64,000 bases of DNA from Candidatus Bathyarchaeota archaeon (lineage in GTDB: Archaea; Thermoproteota; Bathyarchaeia; Bathyarchaeales; Bathycorpusculaceae). Position 1 is the stretch's first letter. Each line of letters opens with the position of its first letter. The stretch covers positions 2,336,001 through 2,400,000 of the forward strand of contig OY969706.1 in assembly GCA_963702095.1 (NCBI GenBank), in the 5' to 3' direction. Made by a program: the position numbers and the translations under genes. Below the pieces are notes generated by a model that ran no database searches, was not told where the DNA came from, and worked only from the letters and a program-made list of their open reading frames with translations. Positions 19,006 through 29,153 of the stretch are shown one piece after another.

Positions 19006-19026
19006 AGCAAACGGGTGACCTAAAAC

Positions 19027-20271
19027 ATGGCTAAACAACTTCCTAGTCGTAAAATCGTTGTTAAATTCGGCGGATCCAGCCTAGCCGACCACGAACGCAT
19101 GCTAAAAGCAGTCAACTCAGTGGTCACTGAAGCGAAGCGGGGCACAAAAATCGCAGTCGTTGTCTCCGCAATGGGCAAAACCACCGACGTCCTCATGACC
19201 ACAGCAGAAAACACTTCAAACGGCAAACTCCAAAAACACGAACTCGACGACATCCTCTCCATGGGCGAACGCACCAGCGTACGCATCTTCGCCGCCGCAT
19301 TGCGCAACAACGGAGTGGACGCCTGCTACTTCGACCCCACCGACAACCAGTGGCCAATCGTCACCGACGAGGCATTCCAAAACGCCAACCCCAACCTCAA
19401 AGAATGCAACAAAAACATCCATGAATGCATCCTGCCAATCGTCGAAAAAGGAACCATACCCGTCATCGCAGGCTTCGTCGGCAAAACCAAAGACGGCAAA
19501 ATCACCACTTTAGGCAGAGGCGGAAGCGACACTACCGCTTTCCTCTTAGCCGAGGGCATAGGCGCCGACCAAGTCGTCCTCGTCACAGACGCAGACGGCA
19601 TAATGTCGAGTGACCCCAAAATCATCCAAGCACCCAGACGGCTCCAAACCATAGACGTCACCACCTTAGTGGGTTTGGCGGATTCAGGCGCGAAATTCAT
19701 CCATAGCAAAGCACTCAAGTACAAGCCCAAAGACATCGACGTCACAGTCATAAGCAACCAGCATGGCGACTTAAGCCGTGAAGGCACGATAATCACTGGC
19801 GGATTAGCAACAGAGCTTGACGCGGAAATCGCCCACCCCACAGCAGTAGCGGAGATAACTGTGATTGGCAACGGCTTGTCAGCCAACCCGCAGATTATCA
19901 ACCAGATGATTGAAAAAGTCAAAGAAAACACCGTCCTCTTAGGCATGTCGATGAACACTAACTCGATTATCCTCTACGTGCCCCAAACTGAGTCCATCGC
20001 CACATTGTTCAACCAAATCCACCAGATCACAGTCGGCAACAGCGAAACCATCGCGATGGCGGTCAAAAAAGACCTTGTCTTCATCAAAACCAGCGGCGTA
20101 GGCCTAGAAGAAACTCACGGCATCATCGGCAGAATCAGTGAGGATTTACGCCTAAACGGCATAAACATTTCAGGCATCTTAACCATCACGTCGAGTATTC
20201 TGCTTTTTGTAGATTGGAATGAGAAAGAGAAAGCGCTAAAGTTAATTAAAAACGCGCTTAAAACACATTAG
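19027..20271 (+). CDS. lysC: Aspartate kinase (first gene of the aro operon)
   Basis: VVKFGGSS, VVVSAMG.TTD, TTLGRGGSD, C-terminal ACT-like region. Confidence 0.92.
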   Translation: MAKQLPSRKIVVKFGGSSLADHERMLKAVNSVVTEAKRGTKIAVVVSAMGKTTDVLMTTAENTSNGKLQKHELDDILSMGERTSVRIFAAALRNNGVDACYFDPTDNQWPIVTDEAFQNANPNLKECNKNIHECILPIVEKGTIPVIAGFVGKTKDGKITTLGRGGSDTTAFLLAEGIGADQVVLVTDADGIMSSDPKIIQAPRRLQTIDVTTLVGLADSGAKFIHSKALKYKPKDIDVTVISNQHGDLSREGTIITGGLATELDAEIAHPTAVAEITVIGNGLSANPQIINQMIEKVKENTVLLGMSMNTNSIILYVPQTESIATLFNQIHQITVGNSETIAMAVKKDLVFIKTSGVGLEETHGIIGRISEDLRLNGINISGILTITSSILLFVDWNEKEKALKLIKNALKTH

Positions 20272-20282
20272 AGGCAAAAATA

Positions 20283-21073
20283 ATGAACGTCGGCAAAACC
20301 CGCAGACTTAAAAAAATCATGCAGAAAGACAACCGCACAGTCATCGTGCCCATGGACCACGGCGTCACCATCGGACCAGTCCAAGGCATCACAGACATGC
20401 AAAAAATAACCAACCAGCTAATCGAAGGCAAAGTAGACGCCATCTTGGTACACAAGGGCATAGCAAAACGCATTGACGTCGACGGCGCAGGCTTAATCGT
20501 TATGCTCTCAGGCGCCTCAAACCTCGGCCCAAACCCCAACGGCAAAGTCCAAGTTTGCAGCGTAGGAGAAGCCCTCCGCTTAGGCGCCGACGCCGTCAGT
20601 GTACACGTAAACATAGGCGCACAGGACGAGGACAAGATGCTGGCAAACCTGGGCAAAGTCAGCGAAGAATGCGAACACTACGGGTTGCCATTGCTGGCGA
20701 TGATGTATCCAAGGGGCCCAAAATCCAAAACGAACACGACCCTGAAGTGGTGGCACACGCTGCCCGAATCGGCGCTGAACTGGGAGCAGATATAATAAAA
20801 ACCAACTACACAGGCAATATTGAAACTTTTAGGGTAGTTACAGAAAGCTGCCCAGCCCCAGTGGTCATCGCAGGGGGACCAAAATGCAAGTCTCTCCAAG
20901 AAGTGCTCCAAACCACCCACGACGCCCTCCAAGGAGGAGCTGCGGGTCTCTCGATTGGACGCAATGTGTTCCAATGTGAAAACCCAACCCAGATTTCAAG
21001 GGCGCTCTCAGCCATCGTCCATGAAGGCACCTCAATTGAGAAGGCAATGAAAATTCTCGGTGACAAACGTTGA
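20283..21073 (+). CDS. aroA': 2-amino-3,7-dideoxy-D-threo-hept-6-ulosonate synthase; apparent 1-nt frameshift near 20718
   Basis: PMDHG...AMMYPRGP in one frame; [14 protein letters not shown] and GRNVFQ in the next. Confidence 0.88.
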
Positions 21074-22110
21074 AGGAACTCTGGCTAGAAATCAATCCAG
21101 CCGCTTCGGCTCAAGAAAAAGAAGCCCTACTTAGCCTTGCCCACGAAAACGCTGTCGTAGTCTTGGAGAATGGCAACGCCAGTGGCTCCTCTGGCAAACT
21201 GGACATAACTTTTCTAGCCGACCTCAACGAGAAAAAAATTGCCCAACTCAAAAAAGAAGGCAAAAAAAACGTTTACCAAGTTACCATAAAAGGCAAAGAC
21301 GACGAAAACCGAGCTGCCACAGCCGCGGAACTCGGCGTCGACTACGTAATCATCAACTGCCAAGATTGGCGCGTCATCCCACTCGAGAACCTCATCGCCA
21401 AGGGCAGAGGCAAAAGCAAACTCATCGCCGAAGTATCAACAGCCGACGACGCCAAAGTCGTGTTGGAAGCCCTCGAGTTGGGCACAGACGGCGTCTTGCT
21501 CCAAACCGCCAATTCGGCTGAACTCGAAAAAACCATCAAAATCATCAAGAACCAAATGCCCAAGATAGCACTGACAACCGCCAAAATTCTCTCTGTTAGA
21601 CCAATCGGTTCAGGCGCACGTGTCTGCGTGGACACGGTGGATTTGATGGTGCCCGGCGAAGGCATGCTAGTCGGCTGCCAATCAGCGGGCTTCTTCCTCG
21701 TCGAAGCAGAGGTCAGTGAAAACCCCTACGTGCAATCGCGTCCTTTCCGCGTAAACGCAGGGCCCGCATCGCACTACACCCTGACATCGCTGCAGGGTAC
21801 ACGGTACCTCTCGGAGTTAAAAGCCGGCGACGAAGTCCTAATTGCGACCCGAGAAGGCAAAGTCCGAATCACCAACGTGGGCAGAAGCAAAATCGAGTTC
21901 CGACCGCTAATGCTCATCGAAGCCCAAGCAGGCGAAACCAAAATCAAAACCATTCTCCAAAACGCCGAAACCATCCGGGTCGTCACTCCCAGCGCGTCTA
22001 AACCCGTAACTGAACTCAAAGCGGGCGATGAGGTGCTGGTGCATTTGGCGGCGAAGGGCGGCAGGCACTTTGGCATTAGTGTGCCTGAAGAAACGGTGAT
22101 TGAGAAGTGA
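21070..22110 (+). CDS. aroB': 3-dehydroquinate synthase II
   Basis: [38 protein letters not shown]. Confidence 0.93.
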   Translation: MKELWLEINPAASAQEKEALLSLAHENAVVVLENGNASGSSGKLDITFLADLNEKKIAQLKKEGKKNVYQVTIKGKDDENRAATAAELGVDYVIINCQDWRVIPLENLIAKGRGKSKLIAEVSTADDAKVVLEALELGTDGVLLQTANSAELEKTIKIIKNQMPKIALTTAKILSVRPIGSGARVCVDTVDLMVPGEGMLVGCQSAGFFLVEAEVSENPYVQSRPFRVNAGPASHYTLTSLQGTRYLSELKAGDEVLIATREGKVRITNVGRSKIEFRPLMLIEAQAGETKIKTILQNAETIRVVTPSASKPVTELKAGDEVLVHLAAKGGRHFGISVPEETVIEK

Positions 22111-22793
22111 GCCTGAGAATCTGCGTTTCTATTCGCCCCAAAAACATGGCAGACGCACGCAACCTCATCGCCAAAGCTGAAGATGCGGGGGCTGATTTTG
22201 TTGAGGTCCGCATGGATTTTTTAGAGGAAAACAGCAGCCTCAAAGATTTGGCGGCAAACACCAAGCTGCCGCTTATAGCCACCAACAAGCTTCAGAGCGA
22301 AAACGGCTACTTCACAGGCACCGAAGCACAGAGGCTGCAAACCCTGCTGGATGCAGCGAAAAGCGGCTTCCAATACGTCGACGTTGAATACACCAGCTCA
22401 AAACGCGTGGAAACCGTCGCTAAAATCAAGCAACTCGGAGCCAAAGCCGTCGTTTCCTACCACAAATACGATGGAATCCTAAACGCTTCCAGTCTCGAAA
22501 AAATCCTCGACCAGGAAATCGCAGATGGCGCCGACATTTGCAAAATCGTGTTAACCGCCAAGCAATTCGAAGACAACATCCCCGTGCTCAGTTTCGTCTC
22601 GTTCGCTTCCACCAAAGCGAAGCTGGTTTGTTTCTGCATGGGTGAAGCAGGCAAAACCTCTAGGTTGCTCTCTCCCGCTTTAGGCGCTTATTTCACTTTC
22701 GCCGCGTTGGACGAGTGCAGCCAGACGGCGGCGGGACAGATGAGTATAAAAGAAATGAAGACCGCTTACAATCTATTAGGGATTGGGCAATGA
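22107..22793 (+). CDS. aroD: Type I 3-dehydroquinate dehydratase
   Basis: ADFVEVRMD, VVSYH, ADICKI, CMGEAGKTSR, AAGQ. Confidence 0.9.
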   Translation: MSLRICVSIRPKNMADARNLIAKAEDAGADFVEVRMDFLEENSSLKDLAANTKLPLIATNKLQSENGYFTGTEAQRLQTLLDAAKSGFQYVDVEYTSSKRVETVAKIKQLGAKAVVSYHKYDGILNASSLEKILDQEIADGADICKIVLTAKQFEDNIPVLSFVSFASTKAKLVCFCMGEAGKTSRLLSPALGAYFTFAALDECSQTAAGQMSIKEMKTAYNLLGIGQ

Positions 22794-23659
22794 CTATTTC
22801 AGGCAAAACCAGGGTCTGCGGAGTCATCGGCGACCCCATCGAGCACTCGTTGAGTCCAATCATGCATAACGCCGCTTTTGAAGCGCTGGATCTTGACTAC
22901 GTGTTTTTGGCGTTCAAAGTTAAACCTGCCCACGTAGCAGACGCAGTGGATGGCATGCGGGCGCTAAACATCCGTGGCTTAAACGTCACCATGCCACACA
23001 AAAAAAAGGTGATGGCAAGCTTGGACCGCATAGACCTCTCAGCCCAAATAATCGACTCAGTAAACACCATACTAAACCAGGGAAACCTGCTGTTTGGCTT
23101 CAACACAGACGGTGTCGGCGCAGTCAAGGCACTCAAAGAGAACGGAGTTGAGTTGAAGGGCAGAAAAGTGTTGCTTCTAGGCGCAGGAGGCGCAGCCCGA
23201 GCAATCGCTTATGCAATGGCTAAGGAAGCTGACGAACTCGCAGTGCTCAACCGCACCGTCAAACAAGCCAAAGCCCTCGCCAAACTCATAGAAAAAACCG
23301 CCAACAAAAAAATCGCTTCAGGCTCACTCTCGCCAAGCGACGTGCAAAAGAACCTGCAGGACTCCGACGTCTTAATCAACGCCACCTCCATAGGCATGAA
23401 ACCCCACCCCGAAGAAACCCCTGTTCCGCCGAAACTGCTCCGCTCCAACCTCTCAGTCATGGACATAGTCTACAACCCGTTAGAGACGAAGCTGGCGAAA
23501 GACGCAAAGGCAGCAGGCGCCAAAGTCGTCAGCGGAGTTGAAATGCTCATCTACCAAGGTGCAGCGGCCTTTGATATTTGGACTGGCAAGTCGGCGCCCG
23601 TTGAGGTTATGAGGAAGGCGGTGCTTATGCACCTGCAGCAGAAGGCGAAGGAAGGTTGA
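22790..23659 (+). CDS. aroE: Shikimate dehydrogenase
   Basis: GDPIEHSLSP, NVTMPHK, NTDG, GAGGAARA; ATGA overlap. Confidence 0.95.
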   Translation: MTISGKTRVCGVIGDPIEHSLSPIMHNAAFEALDLDYVFLAFKVKPAHVADAVDGMRALNIRGLNVTMPHKKKVMASLDRIDLSAQIIDSVNTILNQGNLLFGFNTDGVGAVKALKENGVELKGRKVLLLGAGGAARAIAYAMAKEADELAVLNRTVKQAKALAKLIEKTANKKIASGSLSPSDVQKNLQDSDVLINATSIGMKPHPEETPVPPKLLRSNLSVMDIVYNPLETKLAKDAKAAGAKVVSGVEMLIYQGAAAFDIWTGKSAPVEVMRKAVLMHLQQKAKEG

Positions 23660-24525
23660 CTGGGAAAGCTTCGGCAGTAGCGCATGGCGCAGCAACAGTT
23701 GTTAATGCGATTGCACTGGGCAAGGGCGCAGCGTTTGGCGTGGATTTGTGGACTAAAGCAGAGGTCAAATTGACAAGTGAACCCGACTTTTTCGAGGCAG
23801 AAATAACCTCAGATGCAAGTGAGAGTACACTGCTTCTTGAGCAAAGTGTGGCTCGGGTTCTTCAGCGCTTCGGAGTCGAGAAAACTTATGGTGCCAAAGT
23901 CAAAACCACATCCAACATCCCCTCAGCCCGCGGCTTGAAAAGCAGCAGCGTCGCCGCAAACGCAACCGCACTCGCCACAGTAGCTGCCTTGGGCAAAGAA
24001 CTCGGCGACTTAGAAATCGTAAAACTCGGCGTCCAAGCAGCATTCGACGCCAAATGCACCATAACAGGCGCCTTCGACGACGCCTGCGCCTCATACTTCG
24101 GCGGAGCAGTCATAACCGACAACACAAAGAGACTAATCCTCAAGCAATTGCCATTGCCCAACGACTTGGTGGTGCTATTCCATGTGCCGCCCCAAAAAGC
24201 CTACACCATCAACTCAGACGTGACACGCCTACAAACGGTCAAACCCCTTGTGGAGACTGCGTTTGAGAAGGCAATGGAGGGCAAACTTTGGGATGCTTTA
24301 ACGCTTAACGGTTTGGTTTACTCTGCGGCTTCTAATTTGAACCCAGCAATCGCCATTGACGCGTTGGCAGCTGGTGCAGTGGCTGCTGGACTCTGCGGCA
24401 AGGGACCCGCCGTAACCGCCGTAACCACCACTGATAACGTTGATAGAGTCAAAGCTGCGTTGCAGAAGTATGAAGGCATAGTTCTGATGGCACATTTCAA
24501 CAGCGAGAAAGCCAAGGTGGTTTAG
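23656..24525 (+). CDS. aroK: Archaeal (GHMP-type) shikimate kinase
   Basis: GAATVVNAI, GLKSSS, TGAFDDA. Confidence 0.92.
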   Translation: MTGKASAVAHGAATVVNAIALGKGAAFGVDLWTKAEVKLTSEPDFFEAEITSDASESTLLLEQSVARVLQRFGVEKTYGAKVKTTSNIPSARGLKSSSVAANATALATVAALGKELGDLEIVKLGVQAAFDAKCTITGAFDDACASYFGGAVITDNTKRLILKQLPLPNDLVVLFHVPPQKAYTINSDVTRLQTVKPLVETAFEKAMEGKLWDALTLNGLVYSAASNLNPAIAIDALAAGAVAAGLCGKGPAVTAVTTTDNVDRVKAALQKYEGIVLMAHFNSEKAKVV

Positions 24526-24528
24526 TCT

Positions 24529-25824
24529 ATGGCGGATGTGATTGTGAGGAAAACGGAGCGTTTAGAGGGTGAAGTTGAGGCGCCGCCATCTAAGTCTTAT
24601 ACTCAACGCATGGTTATAGCCGCCGCGCTCTCGGAGGGCACTTCTCTTATCACAAACCCGCTTCACTCAGAAGACACAGAGGCGGCGCTACGGGCAGTCA
24701 CGGCTTTGGGTGCAGGCTTCCGCACTGGAGACGGCTGCTGGCAAATCAAAGGGGCCCAGCCACTCCACGCCGCGGAGGAGCCTATTGACTGCGGTGAGTC
24801 AGGCGCAACCCTGCGCTTCATGATACCCATCGCCGTATTGGCAGATGGACCATCAACACTGCTGTTTAGAGGCTCCCTTGAACGTCGCCCCGTAGACCCC
24901 CTGCTAAATAGCCTCAAAGACCTCGGCGCCGAAGCCCGTGTGGGGAAAGTGGGCGATTTAGACGCGGTTTTTGTGGAGGGCAGAGGCATAGTCGGCGGCG
25001 AAACCTTCATTGCAGGTGACGTTAGCTCCCAGTTCATCTCGGGTTTAATGTTTGCTTGCCCGTTAGCTGATTCCGAAACCGAAATCACGCTTACGTCGCC
25101 GTTGGAGTCGGCGGATTATGTTAAGATGACTGAGGCAGTGCTCTCGAGGCATGCGGTTGTCGTCGGAGTTGAAGAACGTTGCATCGCCATTCCAAGCGGC
25201 CAAACCTACAAGGCTGCAGACGAGGCTGTGCCAGGCGATTTTTCTTCAGTGACTTTTCTTTTGGCAGCAGCAGCCATCACGAACTCCAAGATTACAATCG
25301 CCAATCTCGATTATGAGTCGGTGCAGGGAGACAAAGCCATTTTAACAGTGCTCAAAGGTATGGGTGTTGATGGTAGGGTTTGTCGGGGCAGCGTCGAAAT
25401 CGAAGGCAAGGGTAAGCAGCTCAAACCTATCGATGTTGATGCCCGAAACATCCCCGATCTGGTCCCAGCCATAGCAGTGCTGGCATGCTACGCAGACGGA
25501 ACCTCAAACATCACGGGTGCTAAACGGCTTCGACTCAAAGAATCCGACCGCCTGCTCACCATCTACGAGGAACTAAGCAAAATGGGCGCCAAAATAACCA
25601 TAACAGAAGACAGCCTAATCATCAAAGGCACACCACTCCACGGTGCAACCGTCGACCCCCACAACGACCACCGCATAGCCATGGCAGCAGCCGTAGCCGC
25701 ATTAGGCGCAAAGGGCGAAACAACGATCACAGACTTCGAGTGCATCAGAAAGTCTTATCCGCAGTTCCTCACTCATCTTAAGCAACTAGGAGCTGAAGTT
25801 GTTGGCGGGAAACTCGATAGGTAA
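24529..25824 (+). CDS. aroA: EPSP synthase
   Basis: PPSKSYTQR, SSQFISGL, LRLKESDR, DHRIAM, KSYP. Confidence 0.95.
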   Translation: MADVIVRKTERLEGEVEAPPSKSYTQRMVIAAALSEGTSLITNPLHSEDTEAALRAVTALGAGFRTGDGCWQIKGAQPLHAAEEPIDCGESGATLRFMIPIAVLADGPSTLLFRGSLERRPVDPLLNSLKDLGAEARVGKVGDLDAVFVEGRGIVGGETFIAGDVSSQFISGLMFACPLADSETEITLTSPLESADYVKMTEAVLSRHAVVVGVEERCIAIPSGQTYKAADEAVPGDFSSVTFLLAAAAITNSKITIANLDYESVQGDKAILTVLKGMGVDGRVCRGSVEIEGKGKQLKPIDVDARNIPDLVPAIAVLACYADGTSNITGAKRLRLKESDRLLTIYEELSKMGAKITITEDSLIIKGTPLHGATVDPHNDHRIAMAAAVAALGAKGETTITDFECIRKSYPQFLTHLKQLGAEVVGGKLDR

Positions 25825-26905
25825 AGAATTCATGGTAACAACGTTTGGCGAAAGCCATGGCAAAGTCGTCGGCGTAGTCGTCGATGGGTGTCCAGCAGGT
25901 TTGCCGCTTAGCGAAGTAGATTTCCAAGAGGAACTAGACCGCAGGATACCCTCGGAGCCTAAAATCGTGTCAGCCAGAGTGGAGAAAGACACAGCCAAAA
26001 TCTTAAGCGGCGTCTTTGGCGGCTACACCACTGGTGCCCCCATCGCTGTGATGGTTGAGAACAAAGAAACCAAATCAAGCGACTACGACGCCATCAAAGA
26101 CTTGCCCCGCCCCAGCCACTCCGATTACCCCGCCCGCATCCGCTACGGCGGCTTTAACGATTACAGGGGAGGCGGACGCTTCAGTGGGCGTGTCACAGTC
26201 GCGCTAATCATGGCAGGCACCATAGCCAAAAAACTACTGAGCAGATATGACATTGACGTTTTAGCTTACACCAAAACCATCGGGAAAATCCGAAGCGGCA
26301 AAGCGTTTAGTGCCGCGGAAATCCGCAGAAACCGTTTTGCCGCTGCCACAAGGTGCCCCGACTTGGAGTGCGCCGAAAAGATGGAGCAAGCCATCGTAGC
26401 GGCTAAAGAGTCAGGCGACAGCCTCGGCGGAGTCATCGAGTGCATAGCATTCAACATGCCTGCGGGCGTGGGTGAGCCGCTCTTTGACTCATTAGACGCG
26501 GATTTGGCGAAGGCACTATTCAGTGTTCCCGCTGTGAAGGGCGTGGAATTCGGCGCTGGTTTTAAGTCTGCGGAGATGCGGGGCTCAGAAAACAACGATG
26601 CATTCCTTGTCAAAGGTGGAAAGGTGGTGACGGCGACTGAGAATGCAGGCGGCATCTTAGGCGGCTTATCCAGCGGCATGCCCATCGTTATCCGCGTTGC
26701 CGTTAAGCCTACGCCCTCCATTGCAAAGGAGCAGCAAACCGTGAACATGTCGTCGATGGAGAACGCTTCCATAAGCGTTAAGGGCCGCCATGACCCCTGT
26801 GTTGTCCCTAAAGCCGTACCCGCCATAGAAGCGGCGGTCGCAGTAACCTTAGCGGATCACCTGATTCGTTCAGGCGATATTCCAAAAAAGTTAAAGGAGC
26901 AATAA
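25799..26905 (+). CDS. aroC: Chorismate synthase
   Basis: FGESHG, PRPSHSD, GGILGGLS, KPTPSI, GRHDPC. Confidence 0.95.
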   Translation: MLAGNSIGKEFMVTTFGESHGKVVGVVVDGCPAGLPLSEVDFQEELDRRIPSEPKIVSARVEKDTAKILSGVFGGYTTGAPIAVMVENKETKSSDYDAIKDLPRPSHSDYPARIRYGGFNDYRGGGRFSGRVTVALIMAGTIAKKLLSRYDIDVLAYTKTIGKIRSGKAFSAAEIRRNRFAAATRCPDLECAEKMEQAIVAAKESGDSLGGVIECIAFNMPAGVGEPLFDSLDADLAKALFSVPAVKGVEFGAGFKSAEMRGSENNDAFLVKGGKVVTATENAGGILGGLSSGMPIVIRVAVKPTPSIAKEQQTVNMSSMENASISVKGRHDPCVVPKAVPAIEAAVAVTLADHLIRSGDIPKKLKEQ

Positions 26906-26907
26906 AA

Positions 26908-27168
26908 ATGGATGAAATAGATAGTTTGCGTGAAAAAATCAATGCTGTTGACGAGCAAATCCTAAGAGACATAGTTGTGAGAGTAAAAATTTGCCGTGCC
27001 ATCGGCGAGTTAAAGAAGCAACATGGCAAACCCGTTCATGACATTTCCAGAGAGACAGAAGTTTACAATCGCATCAAGGAACGGGCGTTAGTGTTGAAGC
27101 TTGACCCAATTCAAACTGAACGCATCTTCCACGAAATAGTTAATATGTGCAGCAGCGTTCAACAGTAG
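26908..27168 (+). CDS. Chorismate mutase (AroQ type)
   Basis: LREKINAVD...R...IGELK...D..RE. Confidence 0.88.
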   Translation: MDEIDSLREKINAVDEQILRDIVVRVKICRAIGELKKQHGKPVHDISRETEVYNRIKERALVLKLDPIQTERIFHEIVNMCSSVQQ

Positions 27169-27196
27169 AGAACTCTCAACGGAGAGGTATTCATAG

Positions 27197-28279
27197 ATGC
27201 TCTATGAAATAAACGAGAAAGCCCTAAAACTCGAAAGTGAAGGCAAAAAAATCATTCGACTCAACCTAGGCGACCCCGACATGGCTACACCCCCAGAAAT
27301 CGTGGAGGCAGCCTACGCTTCGATGAAAGAAGGCAAAACCAAGTACTCCTCATCCTACGGCGAACTATCACTACGCAAAGCCATCGCTGAGGTACACGGC
27401 GTCAAACCCGAAAACGTTGTTATCACCCCCGGTTCGAAATGGGCGATATTCTCCACTATGTTTCTCACACTCAAAAACGGCGGCAACGTCATCATCCCCA
27501 CGCCGTACTGGACAGCTTACGACTTAATAGCAAAAAGCATTGGCGCAAAAACCAAATTGCTCCGCACAGAGATGGAGGACGGCTGGAAAATCCACCTTGA
27601 CAAACTCGAAAACCTCATCGACAGCGAAACAAAAATTATACTGCTAAACAACCCTAACAACCCCACCAGCAAAGCCATCGACGACAAAACCCTCGACGGC
27701 ATAGTTGAATTAGCCAACAAAAAAGGCGTCACCATCCTTAGCGACGAAGTCTACGGTGCCATCGCATTTAAGAAAACCAAGAGCATCCTCGACTACGGCG
27801 CAGACAGCCGCCACATCGTCAGCAACGGCTTCAGCAAAACCTTCACGATGACTGGCTGGCGCATCGGCTACTTAGTCGCCAACAAAACCCTAGTTGACAA
27901 CGTCACAAAACTTAACCAGATCACCTTCAACAACGTACCCGTCTTCATCCAAGACGCCGCACTCAAAGGCTTAGAACTCCACAAGCAAATCGCCAGCAAC
28001 ATCAAAGCCAAATACAAAGCCCGCGCCGACCTCGCAAGCAAAAAACTCTCCTCTGCAGGCTTCGAATTCACTAAGCCCGACGCACCCTTCTACGTGTTCC
28101 CAAAGAAAAAAGGGCTCGACGGTACAAAATTCACCCTCAACCTGCTCGACAGCGGCGTAGCAGTAGCCCCAGGCTCAAGCTTCGGCGACTACCCCGAACA
28201 CTTCCGCATCAGCCTAACCGCTCCAGACGACCAAATAGCAGTTGCCCTGGACAAAATCAGCGAGGCAGCAAATCAATGA
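27197..28279 (+). CDS. PLP-dependent class I/II (aromatic/aspartate) aminotransferase
   Basis: NNPNNPT, SDEVY, FSKTFTMTGWRIG. Confidence 0.92.
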   Translation: MLYEINEKALKLESEGKKIIRLNLGDPDMATPPEIVEAAYASMKEGKTKYSSSYGELSLRKAIAEVHGVKPENVVITPGSKWAIFSTMFLTLKNGGNVIIPTPYWTAYDLIAKSIGAKTKLLRTEMEDGWKIHLDKLENLIDSETKIILLNNPNNPTSKAIDDKTLDGIVELANKKGVTILSDEVYGAIAFKKTKSILDYGADSRHIVSNGFSKTFTMTGWRIGYLVANKTLVDNVTKLNQITFNNVPVFIQDAALKGLELHKQIASNIKAKYKARADLASKKLSSAGFEFTKPDAPFYVFPKKKGLDGTKFTLNLLDSGVAVAPGSSFGDYPEHFRISLTAPDDQIAVALDKISEAANQ

Positions 28280-29148
28280 GGACAGCCGTTCTCGGCGCAG
28301 GAAAAATGGGCATTTGGTTCACAGAGTACTGCAAAGAGAAAGGCGACACAGTAGTCCTTGCTGACCGCAACCCAGAGAAACTGGCAAAGTTAGGCGACGA
28401 GTTGGGCGTTTTAACCGCTGATTTCTCAGCCGCAGTCAAAGGCGCTGACCGCGTTTTACTCTGCATATCCATCTCCAGTTTTGAGGAAACAGTCAAAAAA
28501 ATCGCCTCCTCAATCCACAAGGGGCAGCCTGTCATGGATATCTGCTCCATCAAAGAGTACCCAGTTGAAGTCATGCACACGTATCTCAAAGGCGCCCTCA
28601 CACTGGGCACGCACCCAGTGTTTGGGCCAGGCAGCAACGGCGTAGCCCACAAAGCCTACGTTTTAACCCCCACCAACGCCGAGGAAATAGCCTACGCTAA
28701 AGAATACCAGCGGTGGCTTGAAAGTGAAGGCGCTCACGTCTTTGTCATGACGCCTAAGAAGCATGATGAGTTAATGTCGATCGTGTTGGGGTTCCCACAT
28801 TTCCTCGGCTTAGCCGCCTGCGAAACCCTGCTGGAGCAACCAGCCTTCGCCGAATCCAAAAAGTTGGCGGGAACAACCTACCGCATGCTATTCACCCTCG
28901 TCGAGGCAGTCGCCGCAGAGACGCCTGACCTCTACGCTAATTTGCAGACCAAGCTGCCGGGTATGGAGAAAATTGAGGAGCGGTTCATAGCCAATGCCGA
29001 GGAGTGGCTTGAGTTGATGAAGAAAAAAGATTCCAAAGCCATCATGAACCGCATGGACCGCCTCCGCGCGATATTGGAGAAAACTGACCGTGAATACGGG
29101 AAGAGTTATGAGGATATGTATAGAATGCTTCAGTCAACTGAGGAGTAA
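28276..29148 (+). CDS. tyrA: Prephenate/arogenate dehydrogenase
   Basis: GAGKMG, DICSIK, THPVFGP, HDELMS...PH. Confidence 0.92.
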   Translation: MRTAVLGAGKMGIWFTEYCKEKGDTVVLADRNPEKLAKLGDELGVLTADFSAAVKGADRVLLCISISSFEETVKKIASSIHKGQPVMDICSIKEYPVEVMHTYLKGALTLGTHPVFGPGSNGVAHKAYVLTPTNAEEIAYAKEYQRWLESEGAHVFVMTPKKHDELMSIVLGFPHFLGLAACETLLEQPAFAESKKLAGTTYRMLFTLVEAVAAETPDLYANLQTKLPGMEKIEERFIANAEEWLELMKKKDSKAIMNRMDRLRAILEKTDREYGKSYEDMYRMLQSTEE

Positions 29149-29153
29149 GCAAG

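Noticed and set aside
20283-21073. Programmed frameshifting or pseudogenes in aroA', ilvB, ilvN and hom
   Set aside because: No shared slippery heptamer and no decay; single C-run deletions are best explained as sequencing errors
27173-27186. CTCTC/GAGAG mini-hairpin over the aminotransferase SD
   Set aside because: A 5-bp stem is expected by chance; no supporting context
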